64,000 nucleotides of DNA from Guillardia theta CCMP2712 (Eukaryota > Protista > Cryptophyta): assembly GCF_000315625.1 (NCBI RefSeq), contig NW_005434600.1:157755-221754 (forward strand), written 5' to 3'. The notes beneath the pieces were generated by a model that was not told the DNA's origin, made no database searches, and saw only the letters and a list, made by a program, of their open reading frames with translations. A program made the translations under genes and the position numbers. Shown in pieces: positions 34,276 to 46,448 of this stretch (position 1 is its first letter; every line of letters begins with the position of its first letter).

Positions 34276-36325
34276 GCAGCCTCCGATGTCAATAAGTCCT
34301 CTCACGTGCGACTCTCCCTGATTCCTCCCCCGCCAACGTGACTCACTTAAAGGAGCTGGTTGACCTTGAGTTTGAACTCTGATCTGCGTTTTGACCTCCG
34401 TCTCTCGAGACTTTGACCGATTTGACCGGTGTTTGACCCCGTATATCTGTGGTCAAAGCACGGTCAAAACAGGTCAAGTTGGTCAAATGAGTGGTCAGAT
34501 GCTGATCAAATCATTCCACCCCCAATTTGACCTGCCTGGTCAAATACACCTGCATGTGCATATAGGCCTCCAAAAATCCTTTCCAGAGTGACGTGGTGGG
34601 GGTAGTAAAATGGGGGGTGTGGGGTGGGATATCAGGAGATAAGACCGGCACATCTCGCTGAGATCGAATGGGTCCAAAATATCAAGGTGGGGTGTACCCT
34701 CAATTTGCTGTTGAATCCATGGGTGGGTGGTGCTTTTTGTGTTATAAAATGCCCCTTTTTTTTCACTATGTTTTTTAGAATACTAAGGCGGGGTGTAAAG
34801 TACCCCCACCCCTAATCCACCTTCTTTCCTGGTAGTCTTATGGTACCCCCCACCCTCTTTCTTCCTGGACCCACCCCATGTCTCCTCACGAAGGGATGTT
34901 CTTTCCCCTTCCATGGGCATGAGGACCCCGCCGTCATTTTTGAGATCCACCCCTTCCCACCCACCCCTCTTGACTCTGGACCAATGAGGTACCCTACCCT
35001 ACTCCTTGAGACCGTCCGCTGTCCACTACTCTAGGCTCTCCCGAAGTTCGCCTCACCCAACGACAACAGATTACCACCCCTAGTATCCGCTCCCCTTTGT
35101 TGCTTTGGAAATCAAGTCTTCAAAAGAAAGTCTATTTATTATTTATTTCTCTAATTGATATGGCCACACTGCAGACCCTTTGCTTTCTGACGTGGCACAT
35201 AACACCCATAACAACAGATCTACCCCTGTTTCCCTCTTTCGATCCACCCACGCCACAATGCTGTACGCCATCAGAACCCCACATGCACTGTACCCCCTTG
35301 ACTTGTACCCCCACCCCTCAGAATGAAATTCAATTTCCTAGGTTTGCCAGTCTTAAAATTGAAAACTACCCCCTTGCCGTCTTGCCCTTACTACCCACCC
35401 CATTGATTGTTTCCAGGTAATACCCACCCTAGTTTTTATCGGTTGAAACCACCCCTCATATGCTCTTTCATATCACCCCACCCCGTATGTCTCTCTCCCT
35501 ATCACCCCACCTGCCCTCTCCCCGGCTGATCCAACAAAGTCTCAACTACGCGAGGACCCCCAGCACCCTCTTAAGCAATCCACCCACCCTCTGGTTCGAA
35601 GTGCAAGTACCCCACCTTTGCGTGGTTTTATTAAGCTGTACCCCTACCCACTGGGGAACTGAGTATTTCATCACCCCTACCAAAAAATTGTCACCCCCCC
35701 TAGTATCAGAACTTTGGAGGCTTTATTGGGGTGATCATCCTTGAACTAGAAGATACAACCCATCATCAACTACCCTACCTACAGGAAAAAATATGTTTCT
35801 TTGAAACCCCACCCTAAGACCTAGATAACCCCCGATCCCATCCCCACCCCACCCCCACCACCCCCCTCCCTGATTTCCATTCTAATACTCCCTTGACCCT
35901 CCCATCTCCCCCATCGACCATGCGCTGTCCCCATCTTCCACGCCCTTCTCCCTCCCACCAGGCGCTTTCCGCCGCCCGCTCATCCGCTCTCCCTCCCTGC
36001 TACGCCAACATATTATCCCACTCGACAACTTGCCTACACTTCCTCCTCCTCATCGCCCTTCGGCAGTATCAGCCTGCCTCCTCTCCAGGAATCCTTGTCC
36101 ATATATTGCTAATCCAGCCATGACATCTTCAATACTGTTCTTCGTGCGCTCAATGTAGATTGCTTCTCTTTTCAGATTAATTTGTTCATCTCTTCAAGCT
36201 CCTCCTCCACAACCATCTTATTGCCATTCACTCATCCAAAACATTTCGTGACCACATGTTTTCCGCTTTCTTCCGTGGTTGAGCTTCTCGGTTTGTAATG
36301 TTGTTTTCTAATGCAGATTTCCGCA

Positions 36326-38715
36326 ATGGCTCTGCGCTTTTCTTCTTCTATCCTGAGACGCAACTTCTCTGTTTTCTCCTCTGCGGGAAGGTACTCTGGC
36401 TGATCCTTTCTGCACATTGTTGGCTGATTCCTGTAAAGACTCTCGAGGGCGACCAGGAAATTTCCCAAGAGCCTGCAGGGCGTCGCCGGTGTTGCCAATG
36501 CACTGCGCTCGCATGCCACCCAGGGCGTCACCCGCGGTCAACGAGAGGTGAAGGTCGAAAGTCAGGACTACTATGATGGGCTCTCGGACCACTACTACCT
36601 CTTCCAGCAGGTGACTGCTCTTGCTTGCCCGCTGGGGCTTCCTTGTTGTCTTTGTTTGCCTATCTATGCGCGTCTCGAACACTTGAGAGAGAGAAGGTTC
36701 TTGTTCTGTTACTTACCGATGCATGAACAAAGAGCGTCCTCTCATCGTAGAGGCGTGTGCCGCTTTGGAAGGGGGTGAGGACATGTTTGACTATCCTGCC
36801 CGAGCATAGCACACGCACATAGCTCGATTCCTCACGAACCTACCACACTCTCGTCTCTTGTAGTGACATGTTATCTCTTGTGGCATCATACATCCCACCG
36901 ATGCCTCGCGTCTCACATCTGCGTCGTGCCCTACAACTTCACAATGTGCTCGCAATCAGCTCTTTTTCTCTCTTTCCGCTCTGTGCAGAGATCAGCAAGC
37001 CTTGTTGGGTGACTTGAAGCACATGTCTGAAACGTTTGCAACAGGACTGGGATGGCATGGTGGCCAAGGAGAGACAGGGGTTCAAGGATGCGTTCTTCGG
37101 GGAGAACGTGAAGAAGGTAGGGATGCTCTCTGAGGAGTATGGGGCCTTGACGCTGATATCCCTCTCAGGTACTTGATGCCTCCTGCGGCAGCGGCGAGCA
37201 GTCGATCGCTCTTGCCGGCATCTCCAAGGATATCAAGGTGATGCGAGTCGGAGCTCCTGGTTTGCTGGGAGTTTGACAGGTCGTCAGGTCACTGCCTGCG
37301 ATCCCAGTGCGGGGTTGGTGAGCAAGTGTGCTGAGAACGCCAAGAAGTATGGTTTCCACAACGTGAGCAACTGCTGGACTTAGAGGCTGCTGCCTGCTGA
37401 CGTGTTCCCGCAGATTGAGGCCATCCAGAGTGATTTCCTTGGCCTCGAGCACGACTTCAAGGTTTAACTCGCGGAGGGGGGAGGAGGGGGAGGAGGAGGG
37501 AGGAGGAGGGGAGGAGGGGGAGGAGAGGAGTTGATCTTTCGCTTCAGGATCGCTTGGGAACCTATGACGCGATCGTCACCAAGGGCAGGTGAAGTTTTAC
37601 TACTTGTCCTGTCCATGCTGATCCTCCGTTCCAGCTCCCTCCCTCACTTGTTGACGGACAAGGACCTCACTCAAGCCCTCAAGGTCCTACTCGTCTCAGT
37701 CTGCCTGTGTCTTTCGTTTCCTGTGTCTCTGCTCTGTTTCTTCATCCCCCTCTTTTATCTCCTCTTGCCCTCTTCCTCTTGCCCTTCCTCTTTTTCTCTT
37801 CTACGATAGCGTTAACTTGAAGTCTCTTGATTTTCCTCCTTCGAGATGCTCCTTGTTGTCCTGCGCACTGGCAACCTTGACTCCTCACCTCTCACTCTCT
37901 TCTAATCTCTTGACATCCTTTCAGAACTTCTACAGCCTACTCCGCCCTGGCGGTATCGTCAACATTGGGGTGAGAGACTACGATTACTTCATCAAGCAGA
38001 AGACGCAGATCTACCCTCGTCAGGTGACAGGCACATCCTGCTCTTTCCCCCTCCCTACTCGCCTCCCTCCTCTTGCTGCCTCTTCCTCTTGCCTCTTCCT
38101 CTCCCTCAGCCTCTCGCTCAGCGCTTGTTGCAGCTCAAGGTCGGTGATGACAAGGAGCATCTCATCTTCGATATCTGGGAATGGCATAAGGTGGGAGGAG
38201 GAGGAGAGTAAGGGGGAGAGGGAAGGGGAGGGGGGGAAGGTGGGACAGGGAGCAAGCAGGAGGAGGGAGGTGGGGCGTGCGCATGGAGGGAGGAGGAGGA
38301 GCAAGAAGGAAGTAGCGCGCTGTCGTGACAAGTTTGCCAGGGATCTGAGGGACAGCAGCTTGTTAACTTTAACACCTTCCACATCAACGGAGAGAACACG
38401 CCCAACTACGTCACCAGGTAGGAGGAGCTCACTATGCAGCGGCTGGTCTGACCGGGCATGCAGCAAGTACATCACTACCTTCCGTGCGCTGTTCAGGAAG
38501 GAGATGGAGGACATGCTCGCCAAGGTGAGATGATGATGATGATGATGATGAAGGCTCAGTGATAATGAGATGATGGTGATGGTGATGGTGATGATCCTGT
38601 GTTTGTGCCGATGGCAGCTGAGTTTTTGTCACAGGCTGGCTTCACTGAGATCAAGGTCCACAAGATCGACGGGTGGCTCTGGGAGAACGTCTACACTGCT
38701 AGACGGCCCAACTAA
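36326..38715 (+). CDS. Class I SAM-dependent methyltransferase, glycine/sarcosine N-methyltransferase-like, with predicted mitochondrial presequence; ~14 exons
   Basis: Spliced reading MALRFSSSILRRNFSVFSSAGRLSRATRKFPKSL...DYYDGLSDHYYLFQQDWD...VLDASCGSGEQSIALA...VTACDPS...YDAIVTKGSSLPHLLTDKDL...LLRPGG...VRDYD...AGFTEI. Stop TAA at 38713-38715. Confidence 0.85.
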
Positions 38716-38973
38716 ACTTGTTAAACAAGGTCGCACAATGCGATCAGTACAACTGATGTAACGTTTTAATGAAATTTGAAACATGAATCTTTCTCCTGGG
38801 TTATCTAGCACTTACACATGAGATAGAGTGGGAGGAAAGGAGGAGAGTGAGGGTACAAGAGGCAGAGTGAGTGAGAGCGAGGAGGAGGATAGGAGAAGAC
38901 ATCTGATCAACAGGAGGTGGTGCGACACGTTAGGTTGCAGAGGAAGTTTTGACAACTTCTTTCATGGCCCTCC

Positions 38974-41900
38974 TCATGAATCCGGTGTCGGTGAAACCTG
39001 CCAGTTCGTCAGTCGCACAGCACACTTGGTGAAGTACTCTTCGTCCTCGTCCCCGTCCTCCCTCCTCCCTTTCCTTCTCGTCCTTGTCCTCGTCTCTCTT
39101 CCGCTCCCTCGTCCTCTTCCTTCTGCTCTTCCTCTCCTCCTCCTCACTTTGTTGGACACTCCAAGGGAGCTCTTAAGCGAGTCGGCCATGAAGTAAGGCT
39201 TGTCCTGCCGTCGTTGACTTCGCTGTCGTGCAGGAAGGAAAGGAGGATGCAGTCGATAGCAGCCTCGAACACTCCGATGAAGGCGCCTGCTGCGTACCTG
39301 GTGGTATGGCGGTGAGGAAGAAGAGGGGATGGGGGAGGAGTGAGGAGCCAGGAGTGAGGAGGACGAGGAGGAGGTGCTGGTGGAGGAGAGGTGGGGAGGA
39401 GAAGTGAGAAGTGAAGAACGTGAGGATGGGAGGAGGAACTGAGAGGATGAAGAGCATAGGAGGCAGTGGGGTTACCATGCTGTGATCGCAACGATAAGCA
39501 GGGTAAAGAAAGGAGCGCCGGAAGGCAGGACGTCCTTCTGTGATATATGCCGTTAGAGGAGAGGGGAAGCGAGAACGTAGCAGATGGTAGAGTAGTGTAG
39601 AGTAGAGTAGAGTAGAGTAGAGTAGAGTAGAGTAGAGTAGAGTAGAGTAGAGTAGAGTAGAGTAGAGGAGGAGCAGCAAATCAGTTTGAGTCTCACCGAG
39701 TAGCTCTGAGCGATCAAGTAGCAGATCGCTAACGTTGCGAGGGTGATGAACAGCTTGCCGAGAAGGAGGAAGAACGGTGTGATCATATTGATCGCTGCCC
39801 ATCAAGTAAGTCCACCGCCACCGCCACCACCTCCACCCCCTGCTCCTCCCTCCTCTTTCTTCTGCACTTTCCCAGCTACCCCTCCTCCACCAAAACCCCT
39901 CACGCCTCCTCTCCCACGCTCATGTTTTACCAGCAATCTGTAGAATATTTCTCATGATCAACAAGAAGCCTTTCCATGCCCCTTTGCAGAATGAGTATCC
40001 TACATGTCATATCAGATCGAGTCGCAATCCTGCCGCAACAGAGACCCACGACGTGATGGATACCAACATAATCATTCCATGTGTCACATCATGATGTCAA
40101 AGATCGGGTATCTTTACACATCATCTCATCTCACGTATCATTTTGTCCTATCTCATCTCATCTCATATCAAAATACACGATACAACATCCACTGCAACAT
40201 CACATCACATCACANNNNNNNNNNNNNNNNNNNNNNNNNNNNNNNNNNNNNNNNNNNNNNNNNNNNNNNNNNNNNNNNNNNNNNNNNNNNNNNNNNNNNN
40301 NNNNNNNNNNNNNNTAGTTGATGATGATCCGAATGAATTGCACTACGGCAATGATGAAAGATCCCAGAGCGACGGTCCCCAGGTTGTAACGAACGTAACG
40401 GGAGGTGGAGCTGAAGACTGGATGCTTCTTCAAGTTGGCCTTCTTGTCCAGCGTCCAGTACCTGGGAGGAAAGTGAGAAGGAGGAGGAGGAGGAGGAGGA
40501 GGAGGAAGAGGAGGAGGAGGAGGAGGAGGAGGAGGAGGAGGTGGTGGTGGTGGTGGTGGAGGTTGTGGTGGTGGTGGTGGTGGTGGTGGAGGAGGAGGAG
40601 GAGGAGGAGGAGGAAACCAATCAGAAGGTTGGAGTGGAGGAGGAAAGAGCCAAGCTCAAGGCATGTCAGAGATCAACTCACCATGACGCAACAGCTCCGG
40701 CAACGATGAAGTAAGAGGACGAGATGGTGAAGTTGCTTGTCCATAGAAACATGAAGAGGTGGTACAGGCAGAAGTACTTGTACGTGTTGCCATCGAGAGC
40801 GACTGGTAAGATCGATTTCCAGTTGTCTGCAGCAACAAACTTGTCATGTTCAGAAAAGTAAAGGTTTGCTGCAGCGTTTTGACATAAGGAAGGTCTCATC
40901 ATCATGGCATAACAGCCGGATGGAAGGTTTGACAACCTGTCGTGACGTTGAACAGGGAGACCGTATTGATCTCGTTGACATCAGCCTTGCCTTGTTGTAT
41001 CAGAGCTGCAATCTGTACCCAATCATCAGAAGCTCGAACATGGCAAAGGAGCAGATCGGAGAACTAGCAACAACTTTCACACTGGAACAACAACAGCAAG
41101 TCCAAGGAAGAGGAGCGAGTAACACAACGAGAGTACGCGTCATGGCATGGATGGAACCTTGGAGGAGATGATCTTGTTCAGCGCCAAGTCCGTCGTCGAG
41201 TAGAGGTTGCACCATCTCGTCGCATCTTGGTTCAAGATGGTCTGATTGCTCTGGACCACAACAGTCTCCAGCTTCCAGCTCCCGTAGAAGTCCGCGCCTA
41301 TTGTTGAGCACCTCCATTAACCAAATCTCAACACGAAATCTCCCAAACTACTCACTGCCGAATGCTCCGCTGATATCCCACGATCCACAACCTTTGCCAT
41401 CACTGCAGTTGCGGATGTTGGCGACGAATCGAAAGGTCGAGGAGGATTCTGCATTGAGGTAGAAGGACAAACTCCCTGCTTGCATGTTCAGATCCTTCAA
41501 ACTTCCAACCATGTCAGCAACCGGCTGCCGGCGACCAGACCGTTGACGAAGCGATCCTCTCGCTCTCAGGCTGTTTGTTATAGATCTGCACCAAGGAAAC
41601 TCAGTGGCGGAGAAGGAAGGGGAGCACAGGAGTTGTCTAGCAGGGATGGAGCGGGTGAGATATTCTGCAGGAGTGAGGTACGGACCTTGCTTGCCAAGAG
41701 GATGTCTTTGACGCAAGTATTTGCGGAGTAGTTTCCAAGGCAAGTTCCGACAGGGAACGCGTCTGACTTGGTTGTGTTGGAGTACAGCTTGCATCTGCAG
41801 AAAAATGGTTTGAGCTGGTCTTTGACTCCAACAATACCAACTCACCTTTCAAGGCTCGTGATCGATGAAGTGGAACATTCTTGGCCTCGCAAGCTAGGGT

Positions 41901-42175
41901 GCGTGATTGTGTATATTCCTTCCATGTTCTCATCAGGCAATGATGTGGTGGGAGGAATGTCAGAGTACACGACTTTACCTGTAGCTGAACTTTGTGTGGT
42001 GGAGGAGTTTCTGGATGTATCTTGTCAGTATTTAAAAAAAAAGCAAACCAAGCAGGAAAGAAACATGAGTGCGATTGGGTGAGAGCAAGTTTGATAGCGA
42101 TACTAGGGGATGAGGAAGTTGACGTGAATGCTGATGTGAAGAAGATATAGGGGGAGGAGAACAAGGAGTGATTCA

Positions 42176-42260
<85 letters not shown>

Positions 42261-44737
42261 GATGATGATGATGATAGTGACGATGACATTGAGGTACTGC
42301 TCGTGGCAGACGAAGAGGACGAGGTCTTACTTCATCAGAGTTATCAAGCTGGTGGTAAAGTTGATCGTAAACACGTAGTTCGTGAGATCTGCTACACAGT
42401 TTCCTCCCCCATACTCGAATTTCCCTGTTGAAAGAAGTCCAACCATCAGTCAATGATCGCTTGTGCAGCCGGGAGGTTCACAGACCTGTCACAGGATCGA
42501 ATTTCCCAGCACTGAAAAGGTACATGGCGATCAGGATGACCCAGACGTACAACACTCCGAGTGAGATGAAAGTTGTAAGAGGCTGCGACAGTTGATGGTT
42601 CAGCTAACATCGCAGAAGAAGTAAAGTCAACCTGGAGGATTAAGAAAGGCATTGCAGCGATTGCCTTGGCTGCTTCAACAATGACCTGGTGCATTCGAAG
42701 TCAGTGCGGCTGAGACGAGTAGCGAGCAGATACTTTGACTGCAAGAAGAATCCGTTTGAAGAGGATGATGAGGAGGACAAGGTAGATAACGAAGAGAGCA
42801 GAGAAAATCCTATCAAAGAAGAGGCAGTAACTACTTGACCAGGTCCCACAAACATTCTTACGCTGCAAAGATTGTGATGACTGTCGTGTCTGTGTTCTGC
42901 CCCGGGATCGGCACCCCCGAGGCTTCAGCGAGAGCTGTCGATTCAAATAAGAGAGGCGAGTTAGGAGATTGCCAGTCGTTCTACCTGTGATGTTCGATTG
43001 ATCTGAGAACTTGGAGAAAATGGATATCTTTGCACAAACATCACGAATTTGATATCACTGGCAGTGCCGACGATCAAACCTTCCCAGTTCGATCCCAAGC
43101 GAACAATGAGCACGCAGCGAGTACGATGAACAGTCCGATGATCACTATCTGTTTTGAGAGTGAGTCAAGAGACTTCAATGGCTTCATGCAATCAGAACAA
43201 CGAATATTCGTATCATGGGAATGAAGAAAGGGTGGGTATCGTAAACATGACGATCAAATTTGGTGTATCATCATGACTGAACTGAGAAAGCGATATTACG
43301 AAGGACTCACCCAGAGTATAGCGACAGCAAAGAATCTGACAAGGAGGAGAAACACAAAGCCGAGGACCTTTACAACACATCAGTTGGCAAACGTGAGCCG
43401 CAGAAACTGATTCACTGACCAAGGCAATGACCATGCCAATGATGATAAGTTGCCATGTTTGTGACAACTCTGATTTTTTTGCATTATGACATGTTGCAAA
43501 GAATCTGAAAACGCGCTCGCACCTGCTGCGTACTGTCCTACGCTTCCCCCTGGACTCTGTAAGGTTGAAAGAGAATCGCCGAAACTTCCAATGGAGGACG
43601 GTAAACCAGCAGCTTGTAACGATTCCGACTGATAAGAAGCAAGCAGCTCAGTCGGCTGAAACATCAAGTTGTAGACTTTACATCAGTAGAAATGTTTGCT
43701 GGCAAGCTGGGGATGCATTTGTACAGGACATCTATCGTCGGGTAAGACGGGTACCTGGCATCATCAATCTCAGAAGTGTGAACGGAAGAATCTCACAGAT
43801 CAAAGTGACGATGATAATGTTGCAAATCATCAAGTATGACAAGGAGCGATACCAGCAGTTCGTAGAGTTTGAGGTGGGAAGGAAGCAGTTGTCTAGAGGA
43901 GCAGCCCTGGAGCCACGTGGTAAGACAGTCGCTGGTCAAAGAAGGCAGCAATCATACACTGATGAGCCCCCAGCCTTGTTCTGGTTGTAAAACCACACAC
44001 TTGCACCTCCAAGCATGCAGGCCTGTGGAAAACAATTCAATCGTATCCTTCACTTCACATCTACTGGTTGTCGCTCACGTTGCCCGCGCAGACATACGTT
44101 CCTTGCTTCACGGCTTCATCCTTTGTGAAGGCAAACGCAGTCGGACATGCTATCGTGAACACGTCACCAACTCCACATCTTTTGGATGTACAGGCTGCAA
44201 ACATACTCGCAAGACACAAGCGCGAATACGGATCTCGCGGATCTGGAAGATACAGTCTCTTCTTTCCAGTGTTGTCCACATTCAACTGTCCAGATATGTC
44301 AAACGTGACATGACGTCTTTGTCATCATTCTCTCACGTCAGTGCATTTCCTGCCACACATGCATCCATTCGAGTCTGTTCCATACACAAGCTGCAAATAG
44401 CGTCACGACCAGTTGACATCGCATATGTTCAATGCTCACTTTCATGGGGTCGTTGCAGTGATTCGGGCATCCATCTACAACACAAGAATGTTATACACCA
44501 TGCTCGACAACAGCAAACAACTTGAAAGGAGGAAGAAACACCTGTGAACACCATCAACGCCAGTACGATCCAGACTGCCCAGGCCAGCAAGAAGACTATC
44601 AAGCATAAAAGGTCTCTACAGCTATCGGAGTGTCAGTGAGATCAAGGGCATCTAGCTTGGTTCAACCTTCTCTTCGCAGTCTCAGGGGACGGAACGTCTG
44701 TCTCCTTATCGCCGAACTTCTGTTCATCGTCACCCAT
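38974..44737 (-). CDS. Choline transporter-like protein (CTL/SLC44 family); multi-exon
   Basis: CRDLLCLIVFLLAW; RYNLGTVALGSFIIAVVQFIR; GYSFCKGAWKGFLLIMRNI; FLLLGKLFI; VFEAAIDCILLSFLHDSEVNDG...YFMADSL. Confidence 0.9.
39586..39667. repeat. (AGTAG)n pentamer microsatellite in a CTL intron
   Basis: Direct reading of the sequence. Confidence 0.9.
40215..40314. other. Assembly gap (100 N)
   Basis: N run. Confidence 1.
42177..42275. repeat. (TTG)n then (GAT)n microsatellite in a CTL intron
   Basis: Direct reading of the sequence. Confidence 0.95.
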
Positions 44738-46448
44738 TGCGGAAAATCTGTCCATACATTCAAAAAATGTACGCGACAACCCCTTGCCCACCTGAACTAG
44801 GAAACCCTTGATGAAAAAATCCCCTCCGAGTGAACAAGAGATATTATGCGCTCTACCCTTCTGTTTCAACTATGACGCAAGTTAGGCTCTTGGAAAAGTT
44901 GACCTTCTTGTCGAAATGTAGAAACAACCGACATATATAGAAAATGACCGCGAGTGCTCCGCGGGTCACTTATGAACGGCACACATCACACAAATCATCA
45001 TTCAAGGAGCAATCATCGGATTCTGTCAACAACATCTCCTCTCAACGTCTACAAACACCATCTTCTCGCGAAGGAGTCTCATGCTCGCAACATGCAAGAT
45101 TCCCACTCATAACCAAGAGAATCAAAACAAGTTGAACTGGGAGGACGATTCCCGCTAGCCTCTTGGCATGAATGGGTGTTGATCACTTGTCCATGATTGT
45201 GATGATGAAGAAACAACAACAAGATCGAGCAAACATGTCAGAAGGAATCACAACTAGCGATCGGGTTGGACTGTCGGTTATTCGCGGGCCATCCCAGCAT
45301 TACCCCTGAATGGCCTACCCCCACCTGACTACCCCCTACCCCCACTCTATTTCTTTAACCCCTGGTTTACTCCATGTTTTTGCTCTAAATGCACCGGTGA
45401 CTTAACTACCGCACCTCCTGGCAATGAATGGAGGAGCGGTACATTTTAATACCACCATGGATTTTTAACTCTTCCCTCAAATTGTATCTTTTATTTTTGA
45501 ATTTAGCACACAAGGTTTCCTGTCTTTCCTGGATATTTCACCAGCAAAAATCAACTATCTGTCTTGGTGGATCGAATTCCCAAACTTCCCAGTACCACTT
45601 GGGTGCTATGACCCCCTTTTTGACTAGCAAAATGTAGAGACACATAGGGTAGGGTACTGAAAATCTAACCCTGAGGCGGGTTTGGATGCTGAGTCGTTCA
45701 TCTTCAAACAGATAATAATTTAAAAGTTTTCTGTAGCAGATTTGAAATTAGCTCCAGTAATTTATAGAATTTGCTAGCTGGCACACTCGGTTGCTCCTGG
45801 ATGAAATAGCTACAGTACTCGTTATACAAATCGTTACTTATACGTTATGACCGTTTCTTTTGACCAATTTGACCGTGTGAAGGAGGCGCAGCATGCCAAC
45901 GACCTAAGGCGAAGGGAGGAGAGGGAGAGGAGAGGGAGAGGACAGGGAGAGGACAGGGAGAGGCGTGGAGGGGATATGATAGGACAGGATAGGAGAGAAC
46001 AAGAGGGAGAAGATGGAGAGCGGGTTAAGGATGCAGCATGTCAATGTCAATGCTGGGAGCTGAGGGACAGATGGCATGAGCACCAGGATCAGGAAAGGTG
46101 GGATGGTCGGTGCATGGAAAACATAGGATCTGACGGAATTTCATGGAGAGGACAAGGGGGACTTTGAGATTTCTGTTGAATCTAAAGGAAGAGACGATCA
46201 CTTGTTGCTTCTCAGTAACAAGTTATCACTATGTGCCCGAGACGGGTGGGTCGTAATAGGTGTGCAGTGTAAGGACAGACAAGGGATGGGTTGGAGCATT
46301 GTAGCGACTATGAGGATTGCGCTTCTGGACGACATGCTGGCTCGCGAAGAGGGCTGTTTACGAGGATTCCCTGTTTTCACCTATCTTTCCATGCGTCCAT
46401 CACGCACACTGACTTTTCCTGATCAGATCGTTGGGAGCAGTTGCTAAG

